Both the position numbers and the translations under genes were made by a program. From the NCBI GenBank assembly GCA_030704615.1, contig CM060733.1, positions 1,488,001-1,552,000 of the forward strand: a stretch of 64,000 nucleotides of DNA. Reading direction: 5' to 3'. Under the pieces are notes generated by a model. It was not told where the DNA came from and ran no database searches. It saw only the letters and a program-made list of their open reading frames with translations. Shown piece after piece: positions 12,494 through 24,000 of the stretch; position 1 is the stretch's first letter; each line of letters starts with the position of its first letter. Source of the stretch: Takakia lepidozioides (lineage: Eukaryota; Plantae; Bryophyta).

Positions 12494-15400
12494 ATGGCGT
12501 GCTCCAGTGGAGGGCTAGCCTGTGTTAACCACCTTGCATTAGGAGATGCATGGCAGGAGCATGTGGAGAAGAGTAGAAGACGAGAGAGCGTGAGGTTAAG
12601 AAATGCTTTGATAAGTGGTTGGACTGGAGGGGGGCGTTTGGGAGAGGGGCGGAAGGATGGCGTTCTTGCCATTGGAAGATTGCGATACGGGAGAGGGGGA
12701 TGCAGGTGTCAGGCGGGTATCGAATTGGTTGACGGATTGCACGGCCTGGTGCTTGGTGTGGGAGTTGGACTCCCTTGCACTGTGATGGAGTGCGGAGATG
12801 TTGTGTACCGGAGCACGCTGCCGCAGCAAGGCCTTCAAATCACGACGCCCGGTGTCTTACTCACTTTGCTCGTTGTTGCCTATCTTTGGGCCACTCCTGG
12901 TAAGTGCCGATGCAACAGAAGTTGAATGCTGTAGCTCAGAGATAGCTACTTAATTACAGTTGCCTAATTACTCCAGGAGCTACGTTGTTCGAAATTCTTG
13001 GTCAGTCTTGCCTCTCGACTTATGCCTGGACACTAATTTCATTGAAGTTTGCCGTGATTGGTAGTGTCGTATCTGTGCACGTGCCATCAATCTGCATTCG
13101 AAAGTGCTACTGGCTAACGGCTCTACAAAATTTGTTGTACCGTTAGCTGGCTAGCTAAAATCGAGAAGTGCTACTGGCATTTTCAAAGCAGCTGATGATA
13201 ACATTCAGAGTTCTTTTGTTTATTGGAGGGGTGCACAAGTCATACAGTTGGATTTTGTCCTGGCCCACACACATAGACATTAGCAGCAGTATTCAACTCT
13301 CACCAACAAGGTTCCTGTCTTGGCCAAAACCATATTAGAAAGTGACATGCTATAGTGTCGACTGAGGATGGAGTTGTTGTCATTGTCCAGTTGCTGTAAA
13401 AGTGTCTTTTTTGAAGTAGCTGACTTGTGAGTGTCAGCCTTACTTTATCCCGCACATCCAGAAGAGGAATAAAGCAGACACCACCTAATATTCAATTGAG
13501 ATTCTGGTAGAGGTAGAAGTGTTTATGAGCAAGTTTTAGATCTGGGAACAGTTATGAGTTGGATCACACCATGAAGGTACAGACTTAGGCTACAGATTCC
13601 CTTTGTGATATTTGTGGCTCAAAGCCTATAGTCCACAATCTTTGGACAAATGCCCATGAGAGTTCAATCCTCTTGTGCTATACTAAGTAATTGTCCCTTT
13701 TCTGGATGGTATAAGGATTAATTTTGCACTGGTGTTTTATGACGTTAATGAAGGGGTGGCCCCTGGATTCTGGGACATGTTTGTGCTGGCTCCATTGGAG
13801 CAGCTCTTTCGGCCATCATTTCGCAAGGAGGATTTCACACTTGGAAAGAAGCTGGGTGAAGGTGCCTTTGGTACAGTTTACAAAGCATCTCTCATTGATA
13901 AAGTTGACAAACAAGTCCAGAAGATGGGACCATTGGTAGTGAAAAAGGCGAATGAATATGGGGCAGTTGAGGTTTGGATGAATGAGCGTGTGCGTCGGGC
14001 CTGCAGCAAGAGCTGCGCAGATTTTGTCCATGGTTTCCTTGAGAATAGCTCAGGGAAGGGGAAAGGTGAGGAGTTTTGGTTGGTGTGGCGATATGAAGGA
14101 AAGGCAACTTTGGCAGATCTGATGGCTAGTAAGGACTTCCCTTATAATGTCGAAGAAGCTACCATGGGGCAAGGAAAAGCAGAGGATCTGCCCAAGGGAG
14201 CTGAACGAGAGAGTCGAATCATCCGGATAATTATGCGCCAAATGTTAAGTGCGCTCTGCCAGCTTCATTCAACTGGCATTGTGCATCGTGACATCAAACC
14301 CCAGAACATCATTTTTTCTGAAGGTATTTTGTCACCCTCTTCCTGATTCGCTCAGCCTCACTCTCACTCTCACCCATGTAAACACGTGCACAGCAAATAG
14401 TTCTTGACAATTTGTCCTGCTCTTGCCATGCCAGCACAGCTAGAAGCACTGTTAAGCAGTACTTTCTCTCAATGGTTGTTCTAACAAGCATCTAAAAAAT
14501 TTGTTTCAATTCTTGTGATCGATCAACCTTGCAATCGATCTGATGTCTTTCAGAAACAAATTCGCAGATTATACTGGTGTTGCAAAGACTCCATAGACTG
14601 GTCATATAAAGCGTTTCATAAGGACACATGGTCTGCTAGGTCTTCTATCCTTAAAAGAGCGGTAGATCTGAACTAGGCATCTACTCAAGGGATTTCTATC
14701 CAACAAGTTCAAGGTACAGTGTGATACAGGTCATGATCATTTCTTGTACTGATTTTCTACATTCATGTTTTGTTTTCCATGGATGTGTGAAATGATCAAC
14801 ATATGGAAGATGCTAAATCATTCAAGATTATCGACCTAGGGGCTGCAGCTGATCTGAGGGTTGGAATCAACTATGTTCCAAAGGAGTTTTTACTGGACCC
14901 CAGGTATGCTGCTCCAGAGCAGTATATCATGAGCACACAGACACCCTCAGCTCCTCCCCCACCTGTGGCTGCTGCCCTTTCCCCCGTTCTCTGGCAGATG
15001 AATCTACCTGATCGTTTTGATGTCTATAGTACCGGTCTCATCTTTCTACAGATGGCATTCCCCCATCTGCGATCTGACAGTGGGCTTATCACCTTCAATC
15101 GTCAGCTCAAGCGTCGCGGGTATGATATGGCAGCTTGGCGCGAGTTGGTGGAGGCAAAGCCAAACCAGGATATTCGACACGGGTTTGAGCTTCTGGATAT
15201 GGATGGGGGGATTGGTTGGGAGCTTTTGCAAGCCATGGTGCGCTTTAAAGGCCGGAAACGTATCAGTGCCCAGGGGGCACTTGCCCACCCTTATTTTATC
15301 AGGGCTGGGTTGATGGGCAATTCACTCATGCAAAGAGCGAAGTTACAGTTGATCCGGACTGCTCAACAGGATAGAACTGAAAGCATTGAATGGGTGCAAA

Positions 15401-15895
15401 CGCTCATGGCAAAGTCAGGGACACAGAATGTGGGGGGATTTACAGAAGCACAACTGCAACAGTTACGGGTGCGTCTCCAGGAAGAAGCAGTTTGTTTGTC
15501 GTAGTATTAGTGCAGAAGCAGTAAATGAGCTGTTGTGTGCATCGGAAGACACTAAATGGGCGGATTGTGGCACAAATACAGAGATGGGCATAACAACACC
15601 CAATTCTTGAGTATCAAAGAGATCCACATCACGGGGGGATCTCTGTGGTGTTGCTTCTTGCTGAACATCGACAATATTTGTAGTAAGAAGGGTGTCCAGC
15701 TTGCTGCTAAATTTGCTAATATATGTGAATGTTGTGCAGGAAAAAGAGCCAAAGGTGAAGGGTTCCATCCAACGAAATGCAATGGCTTCAGCCTTACGAT
15801 TACAAAGAAAAGTGGCACGCACAATGGGTCAAACCATGGATGAGATATCTAAAGACAGAAAGAGATTTAACTGGTGGAACCGATGGGAGAGTTAG
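12494..15895 (+). CDS. STN7: Thylakoid state-transition Ser/Thr kinase STN7
   Basis: Exons 12494-12899, 13754-14323, 14810-15468 and 15740-15895. Diagnostic motifs: GVGVGLPCTVMECGD (lumenal Cys pair), TM helix followed by WATPGVAPGFWDMF, HRDIKPQN, IIDLGAAADLR, and C-terminal QRNAMASALRLQRK..WWNRW. Confidence 0.96.
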
Positions 15896-16605
15896 GAAAT
15901 TGTTGAATTGGTGTTGCAGCTTAACTGTACAGCTGAGCTCCTCCTTGGAGACAGGAGTTCTAAGCCTTTTTCTGTGCATTCAAGAAAAAGTATTCCCAGG
16001 CATGTAAGTAACGTGAGTGTGGTGTGTCATGGAAAATGCCACTAGATAGGAGTTACCCCAGTCCAATATGAGACAATGTCGTGTAGACTTTGAATAGAGT
16101 TAGCCCCTGCAATGTGGACTGCCTCGACATTACAAATTGACATTTTGTGGTGTAATCTAAATTTCTGGTGAATACAAATTAGAAACTTAACTTTTTCTAA
16201 CTGGTCTGCAGGAACACTAGCATTCCTTTCCTATGAACACTCAATCAGCCAGAGTACATTGTGCCACAGACATCCAGACTAGCTTATCTTTGACAGACAC
16301 AATTGAGAAAAATGATATGATTTACAAGTTTTGGTTACACAGCTTCAGATGTTTTGATAACTTGGCCATTGAACTATCGTACACATCAGAGGATGACTGC
16401 TGCCATCAGGTGAATGGTGGCCACATCGTAAATACAGCTATCTACAGTAAAATAGTGGAAGCCGCAGGGCTTTGTACTCGGAGGAATCTGTATGACTTCA
16501 TGTTGAACTATTATTTGAAACATAGCTTCCTACAATACAACTGCAAGGCACAGAGATGGCAGCACTTGTGAGCACAAGCCTAGGAGCACAGAGCTGTGAT
16601 GGCCA

Positions 16606-19600
16606 TCACTGTGCTGCAAGCCGTATCATCTCGGCATATTCAGCAGACAGATACGAATCAATGGCAAAATTCCGCACCCTGTTGTCAGCACGTGCAGGTT
16701 TTGGCTTGGGCCAGGCAGGGTCTGGTGATGATAACTTCTTGACGCCTATGGCAGTGCATAGAGCTGCAACAATGAACAGTACAGATGCCACATGATCTGG
16801 TCATACTTCCATGATCATTCCAGGTAGATATCATCACATTGTTTCATAATGTTTCTATTAAGCAAAGAAGCAATGGCTGGGAAGCCGAAAGATAACCTTT
16901 GTGCTCTTGCACAATGTTTTCTAACAGGATAAGTGGCTTAGGACTGACATATGACACATTAGCCTCTCTCAGCCCAATAATGCCAAAGGGCAGAAGAACA
17001 AAGAGAAGAAAGAGATCTGGGGAGTTACCTTTATGCACGCGCCCATACAAAATCCTCTCCCCCCTCCACCACTCCAGAGGCTCCCACTTTTTGCGTGTGC
17101 TCACCCTTCTTCCATTCCTCCATTCGGTCCCAGCATCTGCACAGTTGAATACAGTGCAGCTTTTAAACCCAAGTGATTATACGTTCCAATACTCTGAGTG
17201 TGATTATCCTTGCTCACTTCAACAACCGCGGTACTCACAGTACCTAAGCTGCTGGCAGTTGAGATGAAGAGAGCTGTCTATTGTCTCTTTGGTGATCCAA
17301 CACATAATTTGGTCTCTTCAGAGTGTGAATATCTTCCTCTCTTCTTTTGTCTTACTCCAGTATAGCTGGGAACCCACAACCTCTTTATTCAGGCAGGGTG
17401 CCACATTATTAGCACATGGAAATGTCAGCAAGAAATAAATGTAGACAATCGAACTGGTATGAGGAAAAAACCACCTAGCGGACTGCCCAGAGATGCAATC
17501 TTGACCCTTTTCCTTGACTTTTTGACTTTCGTCTCTTGCTCCACTGGAACCCCTTTGGCATTCTCATCCTCCCATGGTGCCAACTGTGTCTTGTCATGTA
17601 CAGCCTACGCAAGCACAAAGAGCCACATGTGATTTTGACATTCTTCTACTATGAAAGAATTGCAGCTAAAAGGAAGAAAATACCAAAAAACCCAGAAATG
17701 AAGTATAACATCTGACCAGGGTGACCATAGTAAGTGAAGGAAACTGCACCTGGTCACCTGTCTCTTGGCAGCTGTTCTCTGCTTCTGGGTGCTCTGGTTG
17801 GTTACAGGGGGAATCAGCAATCATGAGGTCTTTCGTGCCTCCACCTGTTAACACAGTCGATTGAACAATGACTCGGGGGCGGCCAGGTTGAGAATCCATC
17901 ATCTAAGAGAAACAGCTAAAGCATGCTAGTTGCTTCACTATAGCTCATAGCCTACCTTCGAATATTGTCCAATCCAGTCAATGTCATTCCTATGCACCAG
18001 CTAAACACAAAGTTAAAAGAAGGTTAATGGATTCTCACACTCTTTATCAAAGGGGCAAGTACTTCAAACATTGACACAAAATACCTGGCAATGCTCTGCC
18101 ACTCTCACAAGAAACTTGGACTGGTGTGACGCTCTCATCATTGCAAGCCTCAGCCTGGAAAGGAAGAGAGGCATTGAGTTAGCATCAGTTAACAGGCAAT
18201 CCGAAGAATGGCAGCAGTTGACATTGGAGAGAGAGAGAGAGAGAGAATGCTATGATGTAACATGGTGGGCGTGCAAACTTGACTTCACACCGCAATCCAA
18301 CCCATCCAGACTAAATTTACACCGTACCCAATCACAAAACTCACCTGCTCAATCATAAGTGGCTCTCCAAACTCTGTGAATTTAGGCTGGAGAAGATTAG
18401 TCCATGGGATTGTCCCAGAGACACCCTCATTGGATAGAGGCAACACAGGGCTGCCAAACGCCAGCCGGCGCTGGCCTAGCTCGATGCTACATCTTCTCCG
18501 ACCATACGGGTGTCCAAAGATTGAGAGAGGGTTTGTTGGAGGTGTTGGTGAAGTTTCTGGTGTAGCAACCCACTGACCTTGAACTGCCACAGTACCCAAG
18601 TCTTCAACTTCTTTGCCAACATTTGTTGGAGGTGTTGGTGAAGTTTCTGGTGTCACAGCCAACTGACCTTGAACTGCCATGGTACCCGAGTCTGTGAACT
18701 CATTGAGAGCATTTGTTGGAGGTGTTGGTGAAGTTTCTGGTGTCACAGCCAACTGACCTTGAACTGCCATGGTACCCGAGTCTGTGAACTCATGGAGAGC
18801 ATTTGTTGGAGGTGTTGGTGAAGTTTCTGGTGTCACAGCCACCTGACCTTGAACTGCCATGGTACCCGAGTCTGTGAACTCATGGAGAGCATTTGTTGGA
18901 GGTGTTGGTGAAGTTTCTGGTGTCACAGCCAACTGACCTTGAACTGCCATGGTACCCGAGTCTGTGAACTCATCGAGAGCATTTGTTGGAGGTGTTGGTG
19001 AAGTTTCTGGTGTAGCAAGACCTTGAACTGCCACTGTACCCAAGTCTTTAAACTCGTTGAGAACATTTGTTGCAGATATTGGTGAAGTTTCTGGTGTAGC
19101 AACCAACCGACCTTGAACTGCCACGGTACCCAAGTCTTTAACTTCTTTGAGAACATTTGTTTGAGGTGTTGGTGAAGTTTCTAGTGTAGCAACCATTTCA
19201 CCTTGAACTGCCACAGTACCCAAGTCTTTAACTTCTTTGAGAACATTTGCTACTTGTGGTTGTGGAGACTTAGGGGAACTTTGTGAAGACTGGTCCCTTG
19301 GTGATGATACCATTTCATCTGGCAAATGGCCTGAAGAGGCATGAAACAAAGCATTTTGATTGGTGCATTCTTCTTCCAGAAGAACCTCTTGATCCAAACT
19401 CGCAAATTTCTTTTGAAGGTCACTCAGGTCCACTGGCTTGACTTTGGTGTAAACCCTCCCTCTCCTACCAGTGCGCTGGTGTGCAGCAACCAGTCTGGAT
19501 AACTCAAAATTGGCTTCTGGCAAAGTTGCTGTCGTTGGAGGCTGCCGGGAATGCGCGGGAGCGCCATTCTTTGCTGCCATCTCTGCCTTAAAAATGGGCA

Positions 19601-20305
19601 ATCGCCACATCTCGCTCAGCTTCTCTTGGTTTGCTAAGCGTGAACTTCTGCTGAACGAACACTTTGGCAAACTTGGTGGCATGCGCATCTTGGTCAATCT
19701 TCGCGACATACTCAAATCAACTCCTGGATGCAAACGCTCTGCCACCGCATGGTTCACATTCTCTTTTAATGCTGTTGGGAACTGCCTCTTCTTTCCTATA
19801 TGACTGTCCCTGCTTTGAAACAACAGCATTGTTCAGCTTGGCACCTTCGAGAAGATATAGGAAATTCGTTGATGAAATTGCAGGGGTGATAGACCTATCT
19901 GATCGCCTTGAAAGTAACACCAATTGACAGCCAATAACTGGATGAACGACAACCATAGAACAGCTGCAAAACCTTAAAGAATGCACACCTTGATTCAGAA
20001 GTGGACTGCCTAAAATCAAACTCAACCGGATGGACCATGCCGACGGGCCCCCCTCTGCCGTTGCCGCGTCTCCGCAGGAAACTGTGAGCCACTTCATGCA
20101 TATTAGAGGTCACTTCACGTGTAGGTTGAAGCCTCCTTGACACATTATTCTCCCTCACACCAAGATCCTCAATACTCTTGCGCTTACAGCTCGACGAAAT
20201 GGTAATGTTCTCCTTCTCATTTTCACTGCACATACTCATAGAACTTGCAGAACAAAGAAAGTTCTCCTTCTCATCACCACTGCACCATCCTCCTGATCCC
20301 TGCAC
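16606..20305 (-). CDS. CENPC: Centromere protein C (inner kinetochore)
   Basis: CENP-C motif exon 17136-17029 (AGTEWRNGRRVSTRKKWEPLEWWRGERILYGRVHK) and plant-type C-terminus 16763-16606 (TAIGVK..SP..SYLSAEYAEMIRLAAQ*). Upstream exons ~20305/20239-19989 and 19809-18345. The small exons at 18154-17475 and the start codon are uncertain. Confidence 0.88.
18534..19247 (-). repeat. In-frame 90-bp tandem repeat, 8 units (one of 84 bp), inside CENP-C
   Basis: Encodes N(V/A)LxE(V/F)xD(L/S)GT(V/M)AVQGxxxxTPETSPTPPT. Units 4-7 are nearly identical. Confidence 0.97.
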
Positions 20306-21046
20306 ACTCCATAGTCACACAACCAGGTTTGAGATATCTCTCCCTCTGCCCCGTACAAAAACGACGAACGGTTTGGAGAAGCAGAAAATCTCTCTAGCAT
20401 TCGCAGCAGGACGGAAACGCCATCGAGAGACATACCGCAGAAACGGAATAAAGTAGGCCCTGCAAATGGTTGGGCATCAGCGCAGCAATGTCGTCCTCAT
20501 CACCGCAACACGCCATACTCTCTCTCCACCTCCCTCCCTCCATCCCACTCTCTCATCCCTAACCTTCAAACACCGAAATCCTCATCTCTACCTCAGGCAC
20601 CTCCCCATCCCCCGAACCCATCTCCAGAGCTCACTTGAAATCCCAAGACAGAGCACCCGACCGTTGCTCTCGCGTTCCTTGCCTTCGTGAAACAGGGCAG
20701 GGCAACTTTGCCACTATTATACAGCGTATTGTCCATTGAGTTGACCGAGGATATATCCCATAACGTTTGCAGCGTAAAAGTTGGCACGTGGGAGATATGT
20801 AATATATATGGTACATATTTCATCCATCTTTTTGCGAAGGGACGTGCCAGAGATCGTCGCAGCCTCAGAGTGAAGGAGGAGGAGAGAGAGAGAGAAAGGA
20901 AGGCCAAGAGACAAGCTCCTGCCACAGTGATAGCGTCGCGCACACACAAACGCTCTCTCTCCATCTCCGGGACCTCTTTCTAGGGCGTGAGGAGTATAGG
21001 AAAGGGGAGGGACGGTCGTGGAGGTTTTGAAGAACTGCTGTCTGAA
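20306..21046. promoter_or_regulatory. Short divergent intergenic/promoter region between CENP-C and BCAT
   Basis: Head-to-head genes about 0.75 kb apart. AACGG/CCGTT cores at 20367, 20442 and 20661, a G-box near 20785, and CT/GA-rich leaders on both sides. Confidence 0.4.
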
Positions 21047-24000
21047 ATGGCTGTGGCATACAGTAGGAGATGGGCGTTGCCCAAACTTCAGGAGCGGCAT
21101 TTGTCGTCGTCGTGCACGGATATAAGGCCGCCCCCCGTGCGGGTAGCGTCCTCGGAAATTTTTAGTTCACCGGCGTGCATGTTCGGAACGCTTCAGCATC
21201 AAGGGATTCGGAGGGGATCGCCATCTTTGTATCCTCGGTTGCCCCCCATTTCTGTGGTTCGTAATGCTGTTTCCCTCCTGTTCGTAGGGGACGTATTTGA
21301 ACTCGTCAGATTTTTCTGAAAAAGTGTACATTAGGTGGTTTCTGTCTGTCCATGACTTGTCCACATCAACAAATTTTCTCGTTTTCGTGATGTGGGAGTC
21401 TTTCTGAATGTGTATGTAAATGAAAAGGGAAATCTAGGAGATGCAATCGCACCGAACGAGAGTTGGTTCGTGAGTTTCGGGGACCTCTCACTGTCTTCAA
21501 CCTGCAGAAATAGTGCTAGCGGTGGTGCCCTTGTGGCTGGAGGTCAGATTGTCACCTTGAGTATGAAATGTTCTCTACAGTTCCCCTATTCTGATTGCCA
21601 TGACTTGTCTGGAACCTTTGCTGCCGTGTACAAAAAATTTAGACATAAAAGCGTGAGCTAGCTCTGCATTGCTGTCAGCCTGGGTTGTAAATTGCAGTGA
21701 AGCTCATAACTTGTGGTTCGCTTAGGTCTTCTCATGTCTCTCATGGCCTATAATAACCAGGGGTTTAGCAGCAAGAGTAACTCAGTTGCAGCGTTGTGAT
21801 GGACTTTCAGCACTATTGAGGATGCTGAACTTCTCCTATCTGTGTTTCCTAGTTGTGTTTATGAATACTCCTCACATCCACCATTTCATATTTGCATTAC
21901 CGTGACTATAATGGATTGTTAATGAAAAATTCAGCCATTTACCTCTTTCCCCCAAGGAAGATCTTATCTCTCTTTCACTAAGACGACTTCAGGTGGTGGT
22001 CTGAACAATGGTTTCCAAGTGAATAATTGTTCCCCTTCCTGTAGAACTGCCTTTTGTCTTGTTGAAAGTCATGAGAATATAAACCTTGGCTTCTTTGCAC
22101 GCTGTATACATTAAGACCCCATGACTAGGGTTTGGTTGGCCAAGAGTGTCAGCTTTGAAGTCAATTAGTTGGTTTCAGTGTGGTAAAGAACAATGCCCCA
22201 TGCACTACAGTCTGTTTTCACCTCGTCTAATCTGTCATAGTTGTACAAGCTATCCTGGTGACTACGATTCTTCTCGGATGGCGTCCATGAGGAGTGAGAG
22301 TCTGTCACAAGTAAGACTAGATATTCCCAGTGGATCTGACTGGGTTGGGAAATGTCAAGGATGCAGAGGGAGGAGGACGACACATCTCTATGTGTAAAAG
22401 GATCAAGGTGCCATATTAAAGGATCCAAGGTGCAAAGCGTGCAATCAGAGGCTGTAATGATCAGTACAACCAGGTACAAAATCAGGTTACAGCATCATTG
22501 TTTCTCTTTGAAGATTGAAGAAGAATTGTTTTAAGCTCTTATTGAGTGCCTGAGTTGCAGGGGTTGATAATCTGTGTAGAGGGATGAGGCCTGGAGTTAC
22601 AAAGGAATCAGACATCATGCGAGTTGTGGTTTTGGGGATTCAGCATTTTAGCATTCTCTGCAATTGCACTGGGCAAACTTACGTCGCAGTTTCTTCGCCA
22701 TTCATTCTAGTCCCTTTTTCTTCTCTTAGTTTATCGTACTTGGACTCAGAACATACTTTGTTCTACATACGTCATGTCTATCATATGCAACAGACCACCT
22801 CTCCTGCACTATGCTCATTGTCAAGGCACATGGACTGTGGATCTGACCTCAATCTACCTAAGATGTGGACTGAACAAGTTTACAAACATAATGTTTAAGA
22901 CAACGGGGTTGGTTGGTGCTTGCATGGCAGTGATGTTGACACGTTGGTGGGCATTGATTGGGACAACTTCGGATTTGGACTGCGTCCAACTGATTACATG
23001 TACATCATGAAGTGTGAGCTAGGGGATGAGTGGGGTGAGGGTGAACTTCTTCCATTTGGCAACATCGACATTAGTCCCTCTGCTGCCGTGTTGAACTACG
23101 GACAGGTGAGCACTCCTTCATTGTTTGTGGTTGTGCATGAGAGAGAAAGATTGAAAGAAACGCCCACCATAAAAGGATGGAGAAAATGTACTTTCGTTTG
23201 CCGTAGCCTTGTGGCCATAGACCCCATGCCCAGTTTGGGCAGGACAAAAGGGAACAGACACTACCTTTGTGAGGGGCTCACTCTAGTAGTGGGACTTACA
23301 AACAATAGGGAGAGAATGTACTCATGCAGTTCCCTGCGAATGGTGGCTTGCCATAGCCTTATGGCCATTAACTCCGCAGGAACGAACCCTCCCGGAGCCT
23401 TTTGTGGGATTTGCACCCACCGTGCTTTAGCTTATCCGTGCAGCTCAGCTGCAGGTATAAACTTATTTTCCTGCAACTGTCTAGAATCTGATCTCGCTAT
23501 GACTACCGGTGGGCTGGATGATAGGGATTGTTTGAGGGCCTGAAGGCCTATAGAACTGAAGATGACCGTGTTCTTCTGTTTCGACCCGAAGAAAATGCGA
23601 TGCGAATGATTGCTGGCGCTGATCGCATGAGTATGCCACCCCTCCCTGTCGACGTGTTTGTGAATGCGGTGAAACGAACTGTTCTAGCCAACAAGCGCTG
23701 GGTATTTATGCTCCATTTCTCTTTTTCCATTCCTGTTTGACCTATTCGTTCAGACATCTGGTGTCTCTCCAATCTGTTAACTTCTCAAGTGAGAGCAACA
23801 TAGGACAGCAAACCCTTGCACGATGGGGTCATAAAGATTGTTGTTAGCAATACTTTGGGTTACACTTTCAAATCCATCTGGCATTGCTGTTTGTATTAAC
23901 TTCTGGGTTCTGACTAACCAGAACAAAGGGTTTGAACACCGACAAACACCAGTTATGCAGTCCTTCACCTGATCCTAAGTTCAGTAGGCTGCAATGTTTT

